The position numbers and the translations under genes were made by a program. The notes below the pieces were generated by a model. The model was given only the letters and a program-made list of their open reading frames with translations. It searched no databases and had not been told where the DNA came from. A stretch of 64,000 bases of DNA from Marine Group III euryarchaeote CG-Epi1. GTDB lineage: Archaea; Thermoplasmatota; Poseidoniia; MGIII; CG-Epi1. The first letter of the stretch is position 1, and each line of letters starts with the position of its first letter. Shown here piece after piece: positions 39,966 to 52,129 of this stretch. The stretch covers positions 71,513-135,512 of the forward strand of contig MIZA01000001.1 in assembly GCA_001875345.1 (NCBI GenBank), written 5' to 3'.

Positions 39966-41987
39966 ATGAGCTACGTTAGGAATTTAATTCTATTCGCAAC
40001 TTTCATTTTTATTGGTATTTCTGCCTCCAATGCTTCTGCAGATGCTGATGATTTTAACTTAGATTATGATGATCCGGCAAATGGAGAGTCTAATGTTGAC
40101 CCTGAAAATATTATCGAAATGAAAGTACAAATCGAAAATGTAGTAAATCAGCCTATGTCTTTTGAAATGAAAATTTTAAATGATGACGATTTACAAAGTT
40201 CAGGTATAGATGTATGGTGGAGCCATAATGGAGATGATACTTTAACTTCAAAATCTGACACTATACCTAAAGTAGATGTTTCTGATAATTCCGTAAAAAA
40301 TGGAATAACAGTCTCAGTTGAAGCTACTGAAAATGCCGTTTATGGTGATTATCAAATTGAGTTAAGATGTAAAGACAAAGATTCGAATGAATTAGAAGAA
40401 CTAAGTTTATCTTTAACAGTCAATGAAAAAGCTGCTGTTTCACTTCAATTAACTGAAGGTGGAGATGCATTAGGATCCGTAGATATCGATAATCAAACCA
40501 CTTACGAAATACAAGTTAATAATGATGGAAATAAGCTAGATACTTTCTCACTGAGTGTAAATGGAAATGACTGGGAAACGGAATTTGAAGATTCTGAAGT
40601 TACCATTGAAGCTTTCACAAGCCAAATCATAATTCTAACTATTACGACTGATGATGATGTTAATTTTGGAGATGACGATAGTGTAACTATAACTGCAGTT
40701 TCTCAGAATGATCCTAGTATAGATGATGACCTTAGTTTAACCACTCAAGTAAGAGTGAAATATGGTTTATTGTTTGATACTGCATCAAGCTCTAACAGCG
40801 TCAGCGGGGAGCCTGGAGCAACGGTTTCTTTTAATTTTAATCTTGTAAACAAATGGTCTGAAAGTATAAACTACGAGGTCAAGAAGAAAGATTGGTATCG
40901 AGGTACTGAAGGAAATCGACCTGAAGGCTGGAGTGATTCTACAGGTACTGGAACGCTCGATGGATTTCAAGAAACTAATTCGGCAAGATTCTCAGTTACT
41001 ATTTCATCAGGTGCAGATGCTGGCGAAGTTGTCACAATTATTGTAGAAGCAATAGCAAGTGATGACCAAGGAAAAGGGGAATCTGTTGTGATGGAAGTAG
41101 AGGTACGTGTTGAAGGCGACTATAACGTACAATTGCTAATGCCCGGCTCAAATGAAATTAGCGTAAATGCTGAACAACTTGTGCCTATTTCATCTTATAT
41201 CAAGGTTAAGAATCTTGCTAAGGTCAACGATTTGATTTATGTAACTGCTGAATGGGAACTTGGCGGAAATGATTGGACTTTGGAGACGCCTCAGCCTATT
41301 AGCTTAGCTTCAAATGCTGAAAAATCACTTTTTATAAGTGTTAAAGCTCCAAAAGCTGATGCTGGTGGCCAAGCTACATTGAAAATACGTGTTGAATCTG
41401 GAGGAGATAGCTCAAAGTACGATGAACAAAACATAATTTTTAGAGTTAATACTGCCCAAGATTCAAGTGGACCTCAAACCGAAGAATTGGGAGAAGAAAG
41501 TGACTTTCCAGTCGATCCCATTTGGATTGTTTCTATTGTTTTAATAATTGGCCTTGGAAGCTCAGCTGCATTTATGCTAAACCAGAGATCTAAAGGTGCA
41601 TTCGGAGGTTCAGGAGAAAAAACCGAAGACTTTAGTGATGAATGGGCTGGAATGGAAGGTGCAGCAGCACCTCCAATGACACCCGCTCAAACCCCTCCTG
41701 CTGCAGCTCCACCAGTTACACCTCCTCCACAACCTCAAGCCCCTCCTGCCGCAGCTCCTCCACCTCCTCCACAACCTCAAGCTCCTCCTGCCGCAGCTCC
41801 TCCACCTCCTCAACCGGAAGTGCCTCCTGCTGCAGCTCCAGCTGCTCCTACCGTTCTAACTATCACTGTACCAGAAGGAGTAATGGCCGGCCAGCAAATC
41901 CAAATTAAGGCTCCAACTGGTCAATTAGTTAACGTTAAAGTTCCTGAAGGATGTGGTCCTGGATCACAATTTAAGATTCAAATTTAA
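39966..41987 (+). CDS. Secreted acidic Ig-like-repeat membrane-anchored protein with Pro/Ala-rich tail
   Basis: Signal peptide; about four beta-rich repeats (e.g. VNNDGNKLDTFSL); TM helix PIWIVSIVLIIGLG; PPAAAPPPP tract; small terminal domain. Confidence 0.85.
   Translation: MSYVRNLILFATFIFIGISASNASADADDFNLDYDDPANGESNVDPENIIEMKVQIENVVNQPMSFEMKILNDDDLQSSGIDVWWSHNGDDTLTSKSDTIPKVDVSDNSVKNGITVSVEATENAVYGDYQIELRCKDKDSNELEELSLSLTVNEKAAVSLQLTEGGDALGSVDIDNQTTYEIQVNNDGNKLDTFSLSVNGNDWETEFEDSEVTIEAFTSQIIILTITTDDDVNFGDDDSVTITAVSQNDPSIDDDLSLTTQVRVKYGLLFDTASSSNSVSGEPGATVSFNFNLVNKWSESINYEVKKKDWYRGTEGNRPEGWSDSTGTGTLDGFQETNSARFSVTISSGADAGEVVTIIVEAIASDDQGKGESVVMEVEVRVEGDYNVQLLMPGSNEISVNAEQLVPISSYIKVKNLAKVNDLIYVTAEWELGGNDWTLETPQPISLASNAEKSLFISVKAPKADAGGQATLKIRVESGGDSSKYDEQNIIFRVNTAQDSSGPQTEELGEESDFPVDPIWIVSIVLIIGLGSSAAFMLNQRSKGAFGGSGEKTEDFSDEWAGMEGAAAPPMTPAQTPPAAAPPVTPPPQPQAPPAAAPPPPPQPQAPPAAAPPPPQPEVPPAAAPAAPTVLTITVPEGVMAGQQIQIKAPTGQLVNVKVPEGCGPGSQFKIQI
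41692..41840 (+). repeat. ~42-bp coding tandem repeat (PPPQPQAPPAAAPP)
   Basis: cctcctccacaacctcaagc(c/t)cctcctgccgcagctcctcca occurs at 41721 and 41763, with degenerate flanking copies. Confidence 0.85.
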
Positions 41988-42063
41988 GCAGGCGTGGTCT
42001 AGTCTGGTATGACTAGGGGTTTCCAACCCCTCAACCTGGGTTCAAATCCCGGCGCCTGCACCA
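41988..42063 (+). tRNA. tRNA-Gly(TCC)
   Basis: GCAGGCG...AGGGG-TTTCCAA-CCCCT...CTGGGTTCAAATCCCGG-CGCCTGC-ACCA. Confidence 0.95.
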
Positions 42064-42108
42064 CCTCCTTTGCACAATTCATTTATAATAGGCATTAAAT
42101 TTAGTAAT

Positions 42109-43167
42109 ATGAAATACATTTCATTAATAATTACAGGTTTAATGATTTCTTCGGGATGTCTGGACTTTTTAGATGAGGAAACTACAAACGGACCACCCGT
42201 TGCTGTAGCTGGCTTTGTTGGTAACGGACCTTTTGAACCTGATGAAATTATTACCTTCACTGGAAAAGACAGTAGTGACCCCGATGGAGATACTCTTGAA
42301 TTTTATTGGGATTTTAACAGTAATGATGGAAACGATGAAAGTGTTAGGGGAGACATCTCAAATAATGGGAAAATAACTCACTCCTATACATCTGAAGGAA
42401 CCTATACCGTAACATTGACAGTAACTGATGGAGAAAACACAAATTCAGCAACTGTAAAAGTTAAAGTTGAGAAGGAAAGTAGTGAAATTCGTGCTATCGT
42501 AACTACTGAAGATGAGTTAAACTCTGAAGTAGACAACTCTGGAAAAATAGAATATTCTTTTTCAGCATCTGAATCTATCTCAGAAAGTAGAATTACAAAA
42601 TATGAATGGGATTTTTCATACGATTCTAGCGAAGGATTTCAGGTAGATGGAGAATCTAATGAGGCTGAAATTTCATTTGAATTTAATTCAGGAATATATA
42701 CGGTCAAAGTTCGAATAACTAATGAAATGGGAGAAACAGATGAAGCTAGCTATTCTGATGATGTTGAATTAAAAATCAATTATAAATATACAGATACAAG
42801 AAATATTGATTCTGGAAATCAAGAACATTTACTACAGGTATATGGTATTCCTGCAAGGTACATTAAAGCTACACTAGAATATGAAAGTAATTCAGTTCAC
42901 ACTAAAGATTTAGATTTATATATTTACAATCACAGCCAGCAGAGAAATCCTGATGATGGGGATAGTGAATATGTGGCAGTAAATGATACACATGATAACG
43001 GAAATATAGAACAAATAAATTACATAGAATTGGATTACTATAATAGTACAGATAGGGCTTGGTTTGATGAAATACACGAACTTGGTGAATGGGGAGTAGT
43101 TGTAGATCATGAAAGAACTGGAAGCAATGAATATACAGTAAAAATTGAAGTAATATATTGGGAATAA
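42109..43167 (+). CDS. PKD-domain lipoprotein
   Basis: MKYISL...SSGC lipobox-like; SSDPDGD..YWDF, GTYTVTLTVTDG; second PKD-like domain. ATG 42109 follows a TATA-like TTTATAAT. Confidence 0.85.
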   Translation: MKYISLIITGLMISSGCLDFLDEETTNGPPVAVAGFVGNGPFEPDEIITFTGKDSSDPDGDTLEFYWDFNSNDGNDESVRGDISNNGKITHSYTSEGTYTVTLTVTDGENTNSATVKVKVEKESSEIRAIVTTEDELNSEVDNSGKIEYSFSASESISESRITKYEWDFSYDSSEGFQVDGESNEAEISFEFNSGIYTVKVRITNEMGETDEASYSDDVELKINYKYTDTRNIDSGNQEHLLQVYGIPARYIKATLEYESNSVHTKDLDLYIYNHSQQRNPDDGDSEYVAVNDTHDNGNIEQINYIELDYYNSTDRAWFDEIHELGEWGVVVDHERTGSNEYTVKIEVIYWE

Positions 43168-43440
43168 GTGTTTGAACTAGTAAAGCCTTGCCAAAATTGT
43201 AAATCTTATATTCTTAAACCAAAGAATAAATCAACTTTTGAACTAGATGAAATTGTAAAAAAAATAGAAAACTTTTCGTTTGAAATTTTAGCTTTCACGG
43301 GCTCTATGCTCTCTTTAAAAAAAGATTGTAAAATAAACATTTATGCTTCTGGTAAAATAGCAATTATAACTAAAGACTTAAATCAAGTTAAGGAGTTAGC
43401 CTCTGACCTAGAAAATGTTTTAAACATTAAAAAAAAATAA
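43168..43440 (+). CDS. Small hypothetical protein (CxxC plus TBP-like half domain)
   Basis: 90 aa; KPCQNC; INIYASGKIAI. Confidence 0.6.
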   Translation: MFELVKPCQNCKSYILKPKNKSTFELDEIVKKIENFSFEILAFTGSMLSLKKDCKINIYASGKIAIITKDLNQVKELASDLENVLNIKKK

Positions 43441-44463
43441 TTGGTGATAAAATTGGAAAGTATACCCTTTGTATCTATAGTAATTCCTACAACAGGTAAT
43501 GTGAAATTCATCAAGGGTCTAGTTGAAAGTGTTAGCAAATTAGATTACCCAAAAGACAAATTTGAATTAATTTTAATTGGGGATGAAGAAACCGAATTAT
43601 TGAGTCTGAATTCCAAAAGGGCTAAAGAATACGGAATAAAGACTACCGTAAAATATGAACCCTTCGCAGCAGGTAAAAAACGCAACATTGGGGTAGAATT
43701 GGCCAAAGGAGAGATTATCGCATTTACGGATGATGATACAATTCTAAAAGAAGATTGGATAAGTAACGCGGTTAGACATCTAAACGACAACAATGAATAC
43801 GTAGGTGTTGGAGGGCCTAATTTTACACCTAGAGAAGGGCTACCTTTCGCTAAGGCTGTAGGTAGAATCTTCGGTTCAAAATTTCTTTTTTCATTTAGAT
43901 ATACTATTGGACATGCAAAACCAAAAGAAATCGAACATAATCCTACTTGTAATTATATTATAAAAAAAGAAGTATTCAAAACTGTCCAATTTCATGATAC
44001 TCTATGGCCCGGAGAAGATGCTGAATTTGATATTCGACTCATAAAAAATGGATTTAAAATTCTATATGCACCGGATGTTATTGTATGGCATCATAGAAGA
44101 TCTAGACCTATTCCATTTCTAAAACAGATGTTCAATTATGGTAAAACTCGAGCTCAAGTAACAAGGATGCATCCTGACAGCTTTGATATTCGATATTTTG
44201 CATTCATTAGTGCTTTTATTTTCTTGATGGCTTTATATTCTATTTCACTATCTGAAATTGAATTGCCTGTAATAGGAAAATTAGATTTAATGATACCTAT
44301 AATCCTAAATTTAGCATATTTCACTGTTATTAGCATTGCTGGTATTCTAGTGGGCATTCAAACTGGTAAAGTAAAACAAGGCCTTTATGCACCATTAGTT
44401 TTATTCATACAACATTTTGGATTTTCAATCGGTTTACTTTATGGATTCATCAGAAAACCATAA
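43441..44463 (+). CDS. GT2-family glycosyltransferase
   Basis: VSIVIP, RNIG, FTDDD, GED, VWHHRR..F.KQMFNYG; C-terminal TM helices. Confidence 0.92.
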   Translation: MVIKLESIPFVSIVIPTTGNVKFIKGLVESVSKLDYPKDKFELILIGDEETELLSLNSKRAKEYGIKTTVKYEPFAAGKKRNIGVELAKGEIIAFTDDDTILKEDWISNAVRHLNDNNEYVGVGGPNFTPREGLPFAKAVGRIFGSKFLFSFRYTIGHAKPKEIEHNPTCNYIIKKEVFKTVQFHDTLWPGEDAEFDIRLIKNGFKILYAPDVIVWHHRRSRPIPFLKQMFNYGKTRAQVTRMHPDSFDIRYFAFISAFIFLMALYSISLSEIELPVIGKLDLMIPIILNLAYFTVISIAGILVGIQTGKVKQGLYAPLVLFIQHFGFSIGLLYGFIRKP

Positions 44464-44497
44464 GGAAAGTTTTTACAAGGGCTCGATTTGGGATGAT

Positions 44498-44920
44498 GTG
44501 GATTTAGACTACGAAAAACTATTGGAAAGGGCAAGAGAAGGCTTGGAAGATGTAATGGAAAACTCTGAAAGATTTACTCCGCCTGTCCCTGAAGTATTAC
44601 ACGAAGGAAGTAAAAAAACAATAATACGTAACTTTACAGAAATTCTGGACATTTTGAGAAGAGAAGAAAATCATTTGTATAAATTTCTACTACAGGAACT
44701 AGGAACTGCAGGATCTATTGACAATAGAAGATTAGTCCTCCAGGGTAGAGTTCCTGAAAAGAAAATCAAAGAACGCGTTAAATTGTACATAGACACTTTT
44801 GTTATTTGCCAAGAATGCAACAGACCTGATACGGATTTTATTAAAAGAGGTAGAACCTTATTTTTAGATTGTCAAGCATGTGGAGGAAAGAGACCAATAA
44901 GAACTAAACTTATTGCTTGA
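44498..44920 (+). CDS. eif2b: Translation initiation factor 2 subunit beta (aIF2-beta)
   Basis: DYEKLLERA, TIIRNF, ELGTAG, CQECNRPDT...CQACG. GTG at 44498 is preferred over the ORF-track start at 44417. Confidence 0.93.
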   Translation: MDLDYEKLLERAREGLEDVMENSERFTPPVPEVLHEGSKKTIIRNFTEILDILRREENHLYKFLLQELGTAGSIDNRRLVLQGRVPEKKIKERVKLYIDTFVICQECNRPDTDFIKRGRTLFLDCQACGGKRPIRTKLIA

Positions 44921-44947
44921 TAATTGAAAATATCTTACGTTAAAAAT

Positions 44948-46492
44948 ATGAAAAAAATTCAAAATATCTGTATTGCTCTAGCTATTGTAGCCATATGCTT
45001 TAGTGGATGTCTTGGAGAGAATGAAGATTCTGATAAAAATACTGCACCTGAGGCATTAATTATGATGCCTAGACAGGCTGACATTGTTGAAGCTGGAAAA
45101 CCTTTCACTATAGACGGGTCCGCTTCTAAAGATGCAGACGGAGATGAATTACAATACAAATGGACACTTTCTGGACTAGGGAGCCCTATTGATTTGAGTA
45201 ATAAAGTATCTGACACAGTTATCATAGATAACGCTGGAAAAGATTTGGTACTAACTTTGCTTGTTCAAGACCCAGGAGGATTAACTAGTCAAGATATAGT
45301 TGTAATTACTGTAGAACCTGGCAATAGACCCCCTACTGCGATAATTACAACCCCAACTAATGGAGGTGCCTATTCCGAAGGAAACGAAATTGTATTCAGC
45401 GGATTGGCAAGTAGTGACCCTGATAATGATTTCTTGACTTATACGTGGGATCTATCGGAAGCTGGGGGACCAAGCTATACTGCATCAAAGCAGAGCAAAT
45501 TTTCATTAGACTTGAGTGAAGGTCAATACTCGATTAGTTTAACCGTGGAAGATCCTGATGGAGAAAGCAGTACAGCTACTCACTCGTTCACTGTTACTAA
45601 TTTACCGCCAGTATCAAAGATTACAAGTGACGTAAATTCCCTATTTGTGGGTGAAAACATACAACTTTCTGGAGAGGACTCGTATGATCCTGAGGGCGGA
45701 GCCTTAGATTTTCTTTGGAATTTTGGTGATAATAAAACCTCATCACTTAAATCTCCAGAATATAGTTGGAATTCTCCAGGAACGTTTACAGTATCACTTA
45801 CCGTTGAAGATGGTGAGGGACAGGAAACTACCTCAACAAAAGATATTGAGGTTAAATCCTTAGGGCCTGTTGCCAGCTTTACTTTTTCATCTGGTGAAAA
45901 GATAAGAACCGATGATAATGTAACACTGGATGCGAGCGATTCATCAGCGCTTGGAGCTCCAATCAAAGAATACAAGTGGAACTTTGGCAATGGAGATGAA
46001 TTAACTACAAATGAATCTAGTGCTGAATATTCATGGAATTTAGGAGGATACTACAATGTAACTCTTACAGTAATTGATGATGATGGAGAAACTGGAGAAG
46101 TTACTAAAATGTTGCAAGTAGTTCCAGAGGATTATGTGGATGAAGGGCAAGGAAATGAGCTAGTTGATGGAAATGAGGATACAGTGAGTTACAATCTACC
46201 AGTTCAAATTTTTGTTTCATCTCTACAGATAGAGTTCACAGATATAGGGTGTGTAGGATTAGGTGGAGCTCTAAGCTACGTTATTACACTTCAAGATTCA
46301 GACGGAAATCAAATAGCTGAAGAAAATGGAAATGTAGCTTGTGGGGAAAGTGCAAGTTGGAACGAAATTATATCCAATGATGATAATTCAATGGTTCTAG
46401 GAGATTACCAAGTTGCTATAGAGCTAACTAACGGAGGAACTCCAGTTCAAGCAAACTGGAATTACCGTTTTGAAATAATTTATAATTTTTAA
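44948..46492 (+). CDS. Multi-PKD-domain lipoprotein
   Basis: FSGC lipobox-like; four PKD-like repeats (SKDADGD, SSDPDND, SYDPEGG..WNFGD, WNFGNG). Confidence 0.88.
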   Translation: MKKIQNICIALAIVAICFSGCLGENEDSDKNTAPEALIMMPRQADIVEAGKPFTIDGSASKDADGDELQYKWTLSGLGSPIDLSNKVSDTVIIDNAGKDLVLTLLVQDPGGLTSQDIVVITVEPGNRPPTAIITTPTNGGAYSEGNEIVFSGLASSDPDNDFLTYTWDLSEAGGPSYTASKQSKFSLDLSEGQYSISLTVEDPDGESSTATHSFTVTNLPPVSKITSDVNSLFVGENIQLSGEDSYDPEGGALDFLWNFGDNKTSSLKSPEYSWNSPGTFTVSLTVEDGEGQETTSTKDIEVKSLGPVASFTFSSGEKIRTDDNVTLDASDSSALGAPIKEYKWNFGNGDELTTNESSAEYSWNLGGYYNVTLTVIDDDGETGEVTKMLQVVPEDYVDEGQGNELVDGNEDTVSYNLPVQIFVSSLQIEFTDIGCVGLGGALSYVITLQDSDGNQIAEENGNVACGESASWNEIISNDDNSMVLGDYQVAIELTNGGTPVQANWNYRFEIIYNF

Positions 46493-47187
46493 ACCTTAAT
46501 TGAAAAAGATACTGTACTATTATTTATAGAAAGTAAATCTTTGAGCCTAACTATTTTTGGATTAAGAGAGGAAAGTTTTGATTTCATACCGTCAACATGT
46601 CCTTCTCCTACTATTGCGACTATTCGACTATCATGATTATTCCTCAATATTTTAACCAAATTCTTTGACATATAAGTATCTCTTCTGTCTATTAAATGAG
46701 ATTTAATAGAAGGATAATTGACTGAAAACTCCCTTAATTCTTTAGTAAAATCACCTGATACCATACTGTCTCCAAAATTTGTATCACTTCTACCTACGAA
46801 AGAAAAAATAATATCTTTAATTATTCTCCACAATTCAATCCAAGGCATATTTTTCCAAGCGTCTCTTATTGTGGCTAATATCGGTTTATCTATCAATTTT
46901 ATATCTGCACCTAAAGTTCTTGCAATCTTACCTGCAACAAGCATTTCCGAACCTGGGGAACTACCGAAAGACTCACCTAAATGCTTCTGGATTCGAGATA
47001 AAATCCTCAAAAAAAAAGGACCTCCTGAACTTTGAGAATTAGTTTGTAAAGCTATCCACCTTTCCCGGTCTAATTCCAAAGCAATACAGGTCGGACTAAA
47101 GTCTCTTATGTATACTTCAAGAGGTGATGATAAATCTATTACATGGGCAGTTCCGATTATCATTAATGAAGACATAATTAGTGTCAA
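46489..47187 (-). CDS. TraB/PrgY-family protein
   Basis: IGTAHV, LELDRER, PGSEM, LIDRRD, AIVGEGH. Confidence 0.88.
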   Translation of the reverse strand: MTLIMSSLMIIGTAHVIDLSSPLEVYIRDFSPTCIALELDRERWIALQTNSQSSGGPFFLRILSRIQKHLGESFGSSPGSEMLVAGKIARTLGADIKLIDKPILATIRDAWKNMPWIELWRIIKDIIFSFVGRSDTNFGDSMVSGDFTKELREFSVNYPSIKSHLIDRRDTYMSKNLVKILRNNHDSRIVAIVGEGHVDGMKSKLSSLNPKIVRLKDLLSINNSTVSFSIKV

Positions 47188-47229
47188 TTATGTAGAGACA
47201 TATTAAATAACAATGCTCATTAGTAATTT

Positions 47230-47430
47230 ATGTTCAGTTCAAAGGAAGATCCTGATGCACCTTCGAAATGTCCCTACTGCAATAAAGATATTGGAGTAGA
47301 CGGTAATACTTACAGATTTCAAGTCGTAGATTTTACTGCTGAAACCTCAGGAAATCAGAGAAATGCGGGAAGAGTTATTGCAGTATCTTGTTCAAATTGC
47401 AAAAAAGTCTTAGGATTTGTGAATCAATAA
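47230..47430 (+). CDS. Small zinc-ribbon protein
   Basis: CPYC...CSNCKKVLG; 66 aa; fills the gap between flanking genes. Confidence 0.7.
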   Translation: MFSSKEDPDAPSKCPYCNKDIGVDGNTYRFQVVDFTAETSGNQRNAGRVIAVSCSNCKKVLGFVNQ

Positions 47431-47432
47431 AA

Positions 47433-48344
47433 TTATCTCAAAAATATAATTAAAAACATCAAAGTTGCTGCGGCTTCAAAAGTTGCCAGAATTATGGAAC
47501 CCTTTGCAACTGTATTGTATGTAGGCTGAGGGGAAATTGGCAAATAGATGTAATGAACTAAGATTTCTAGTATTAAGAGCCACCCAGTCCAGATGAATAA
47601 TTCATAGTTCCAAGGGAAAATTTCAAAGTAGCCTGAAAATAATAGAAGAAATACTCCACAAATTGTAAAGAACCACGATAATTTCATAGTAAACTCTGCA
47701 CCAAATTTAGTTGCAAATGTTTCTATTCCGAAACTTCTGTCAAACTCCACATCAATTGCCATAGTTGGACAGTAAAGTGCTAAAAGATAACAAATAGTAG
47801 ATAAGAAAAAAAGTCTTGGAAAATCAAGAAGAGGCTGCTCTATTGACCATGCAGCTAAAGGAATTAGAAAACCTAAACTGATTCCGTTACTCAGCAAGTC
47901 TAAGCCAGGTCGGGACTTAAATCTAAAAGGTTCCATATTATAAACAAAAGATATAGCAGTTAAACCCAATATGCAATATACAAACTCTAAGTTGTACCTT
48001 AATGATAATAATACGCAAGATATTTGCAAAAACCAGAACAAAATCCAAGATTGCTTTAAACTAACTGTACCACGAACAAGTAAACTAAATTCTTTTCGAG
48101 GATTTTTCTTATCTAAGTCAATATCACAAATATGATTCAAAACAAAAGTGGAAGAAGTAAGTAGAGCTATTATCAGAAATCCATAAAATAAATCAAAACT
48201 GTATAATTCTCTAGAAGAAATTACATAACCAATGAAAAAAGGAGTAAAACCAACCATCCAAAACTCAAACCCAATGAATCTTAGCCAAGTAAGTCTTGTA
48301 AATATTTTATTATTAATTAGACGTTCAAAAGTTAAATTTGCCAT
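47433..48344 (-). CDS. UbiA-superfamily prenyltransferase (LyeJ/CrtEb-like features)
   Basis: NHICDIDLDKKNPRK, YNMEPFRFKSRPGLDLLSNG, DVEFDRSFGIETFATKFG; multiple TM helices. Confidence 0.85.
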   Translation of the reverse strand: MANLTFERLINNKIFTRLTWLRFIGFEFWMVGFTPFFIGYVISSRELYSFDLFYGFLIIALLTSSTFVLNHICDIDLDKKNPRKEFSLLVRGTVSLKQSWILFWFLQISCVLLSLRYNLEFVYCILGLTAISFVYNMEPFRFKSRPGLDLLSNGISLGFLIPLAAWSIEQPLLDFPRLFFLSTICYLLALYCPTMAIDVEFDRSFGIETFATKFGAEFTMKLSWFFTICGVFLLLFSGYFEIFPWNYELFIWTGWLLILEILVHYIYLPISPQPTYNTVAKGSIILATFEAAATLMFLIIFLR

Positions 48345-48401
48345 TTTTGTATATTTGTGTTAGGAGCCCAACCTTAATATCTTTAGGCTGTATAATAAAA
48401 T

Positions 48402-51431
<3,030 letters not shown>

Positions 51432-51468
51432 TTAAGTGTACCTCACAAATACTCAATATATTTGCAAT

Positions 51469-52032
51469 TTACAGCGTTTTCCGACCTGGACGCCAACCAG
51501 CAGGACAAGACTTCCCAGATTGCAGTGCTTGTAACGTTCTTACTGTTTCATCAACACTGCGCCCAATCCAAGCTGGATTTACTGCCATTGACATCAAAAT
51601 TCCTTCATCATTGATTATGAAAGTTCCCCTTAATGCTTGGCCTAAAGAACGCTGAAGAACTCCATAAGAAGTAGAAATTCTAAGAGAGGGATCAGCCATT
51701 AAAGGATATGATAATTTATCAATTCCTCCTTTTGTTCGTGGCTTTTCCATCCAAGCCTTATGTGAGTTTTTTGAATCTGTAGAACATCCTATCAAAACGC
51801 AATTGGCCCTTTCAAAATCCTTTATCCTACGATTAAATGAGTGAATTTCAGTAGGGCATAAATCAGAAAAATCTCTTGCATAGAAAAAAATAACTGCCCA
51901 CTTTTTTTCTTCAATTATTTTATTTAGAGAAATTTTGTCAAAGAATATTTGTTTTTTACGAGAATCAAATCTTACAACATCAGCTTCAAAGAGTGGAGCT
52001 GGTTTACCTAATCTGGGGAATGAATTTGACAA
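51469..52032 (-). CDS. 2-Cys peroxiredoxin (AhpC/Prx1 family)
   Basis: FFYARDFSDLCPTE, STDS..SH.AW, ALRGTFII, GRSVDE..R, CPAGW. Confidence 0.9.
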   Translation of the reverse strand: MSNSFPRLGKPAPLFEADVVRFDSRKKQIFFDKISLNKIIEEKKWAVIFFYARDFSDLCPTEIHSFNRRIKDFERANCVLIGCSTDSKNSHKAWMEKPRTKGGIDKLSYPLMADPSLRISTSYGVLQRSLGQALRGTFIINDEGILMSMAVNPAWIGRSVDETVRTLQALQSGKSCPAGWRPGRKTL

Positions 52033-52129
52033 AAATACGACCTCAGGAATAACATTTGAACAAAATGTATAAAGTTATGCCCAAAAATACGAACCTATAG
52101 TTCTAAATTTAATTAATTATCGGAAAAAA

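Noticed and set aside
41610-41908. Ser/Cys-rich and Arg/Trp-rich alternative-frame ORFs
   Set aside because: They are frame shadows of the Pro/Ala codon repeat in the surface-protein gene.
33541-42063. Integrated element between tRNA-Thr and tRNA-Gly
   Set aside because: No integrase and no duplicated tRNA 3' end (att site) noticed; the content is housekeeping-like (Lhr, TatD, a surface protein).
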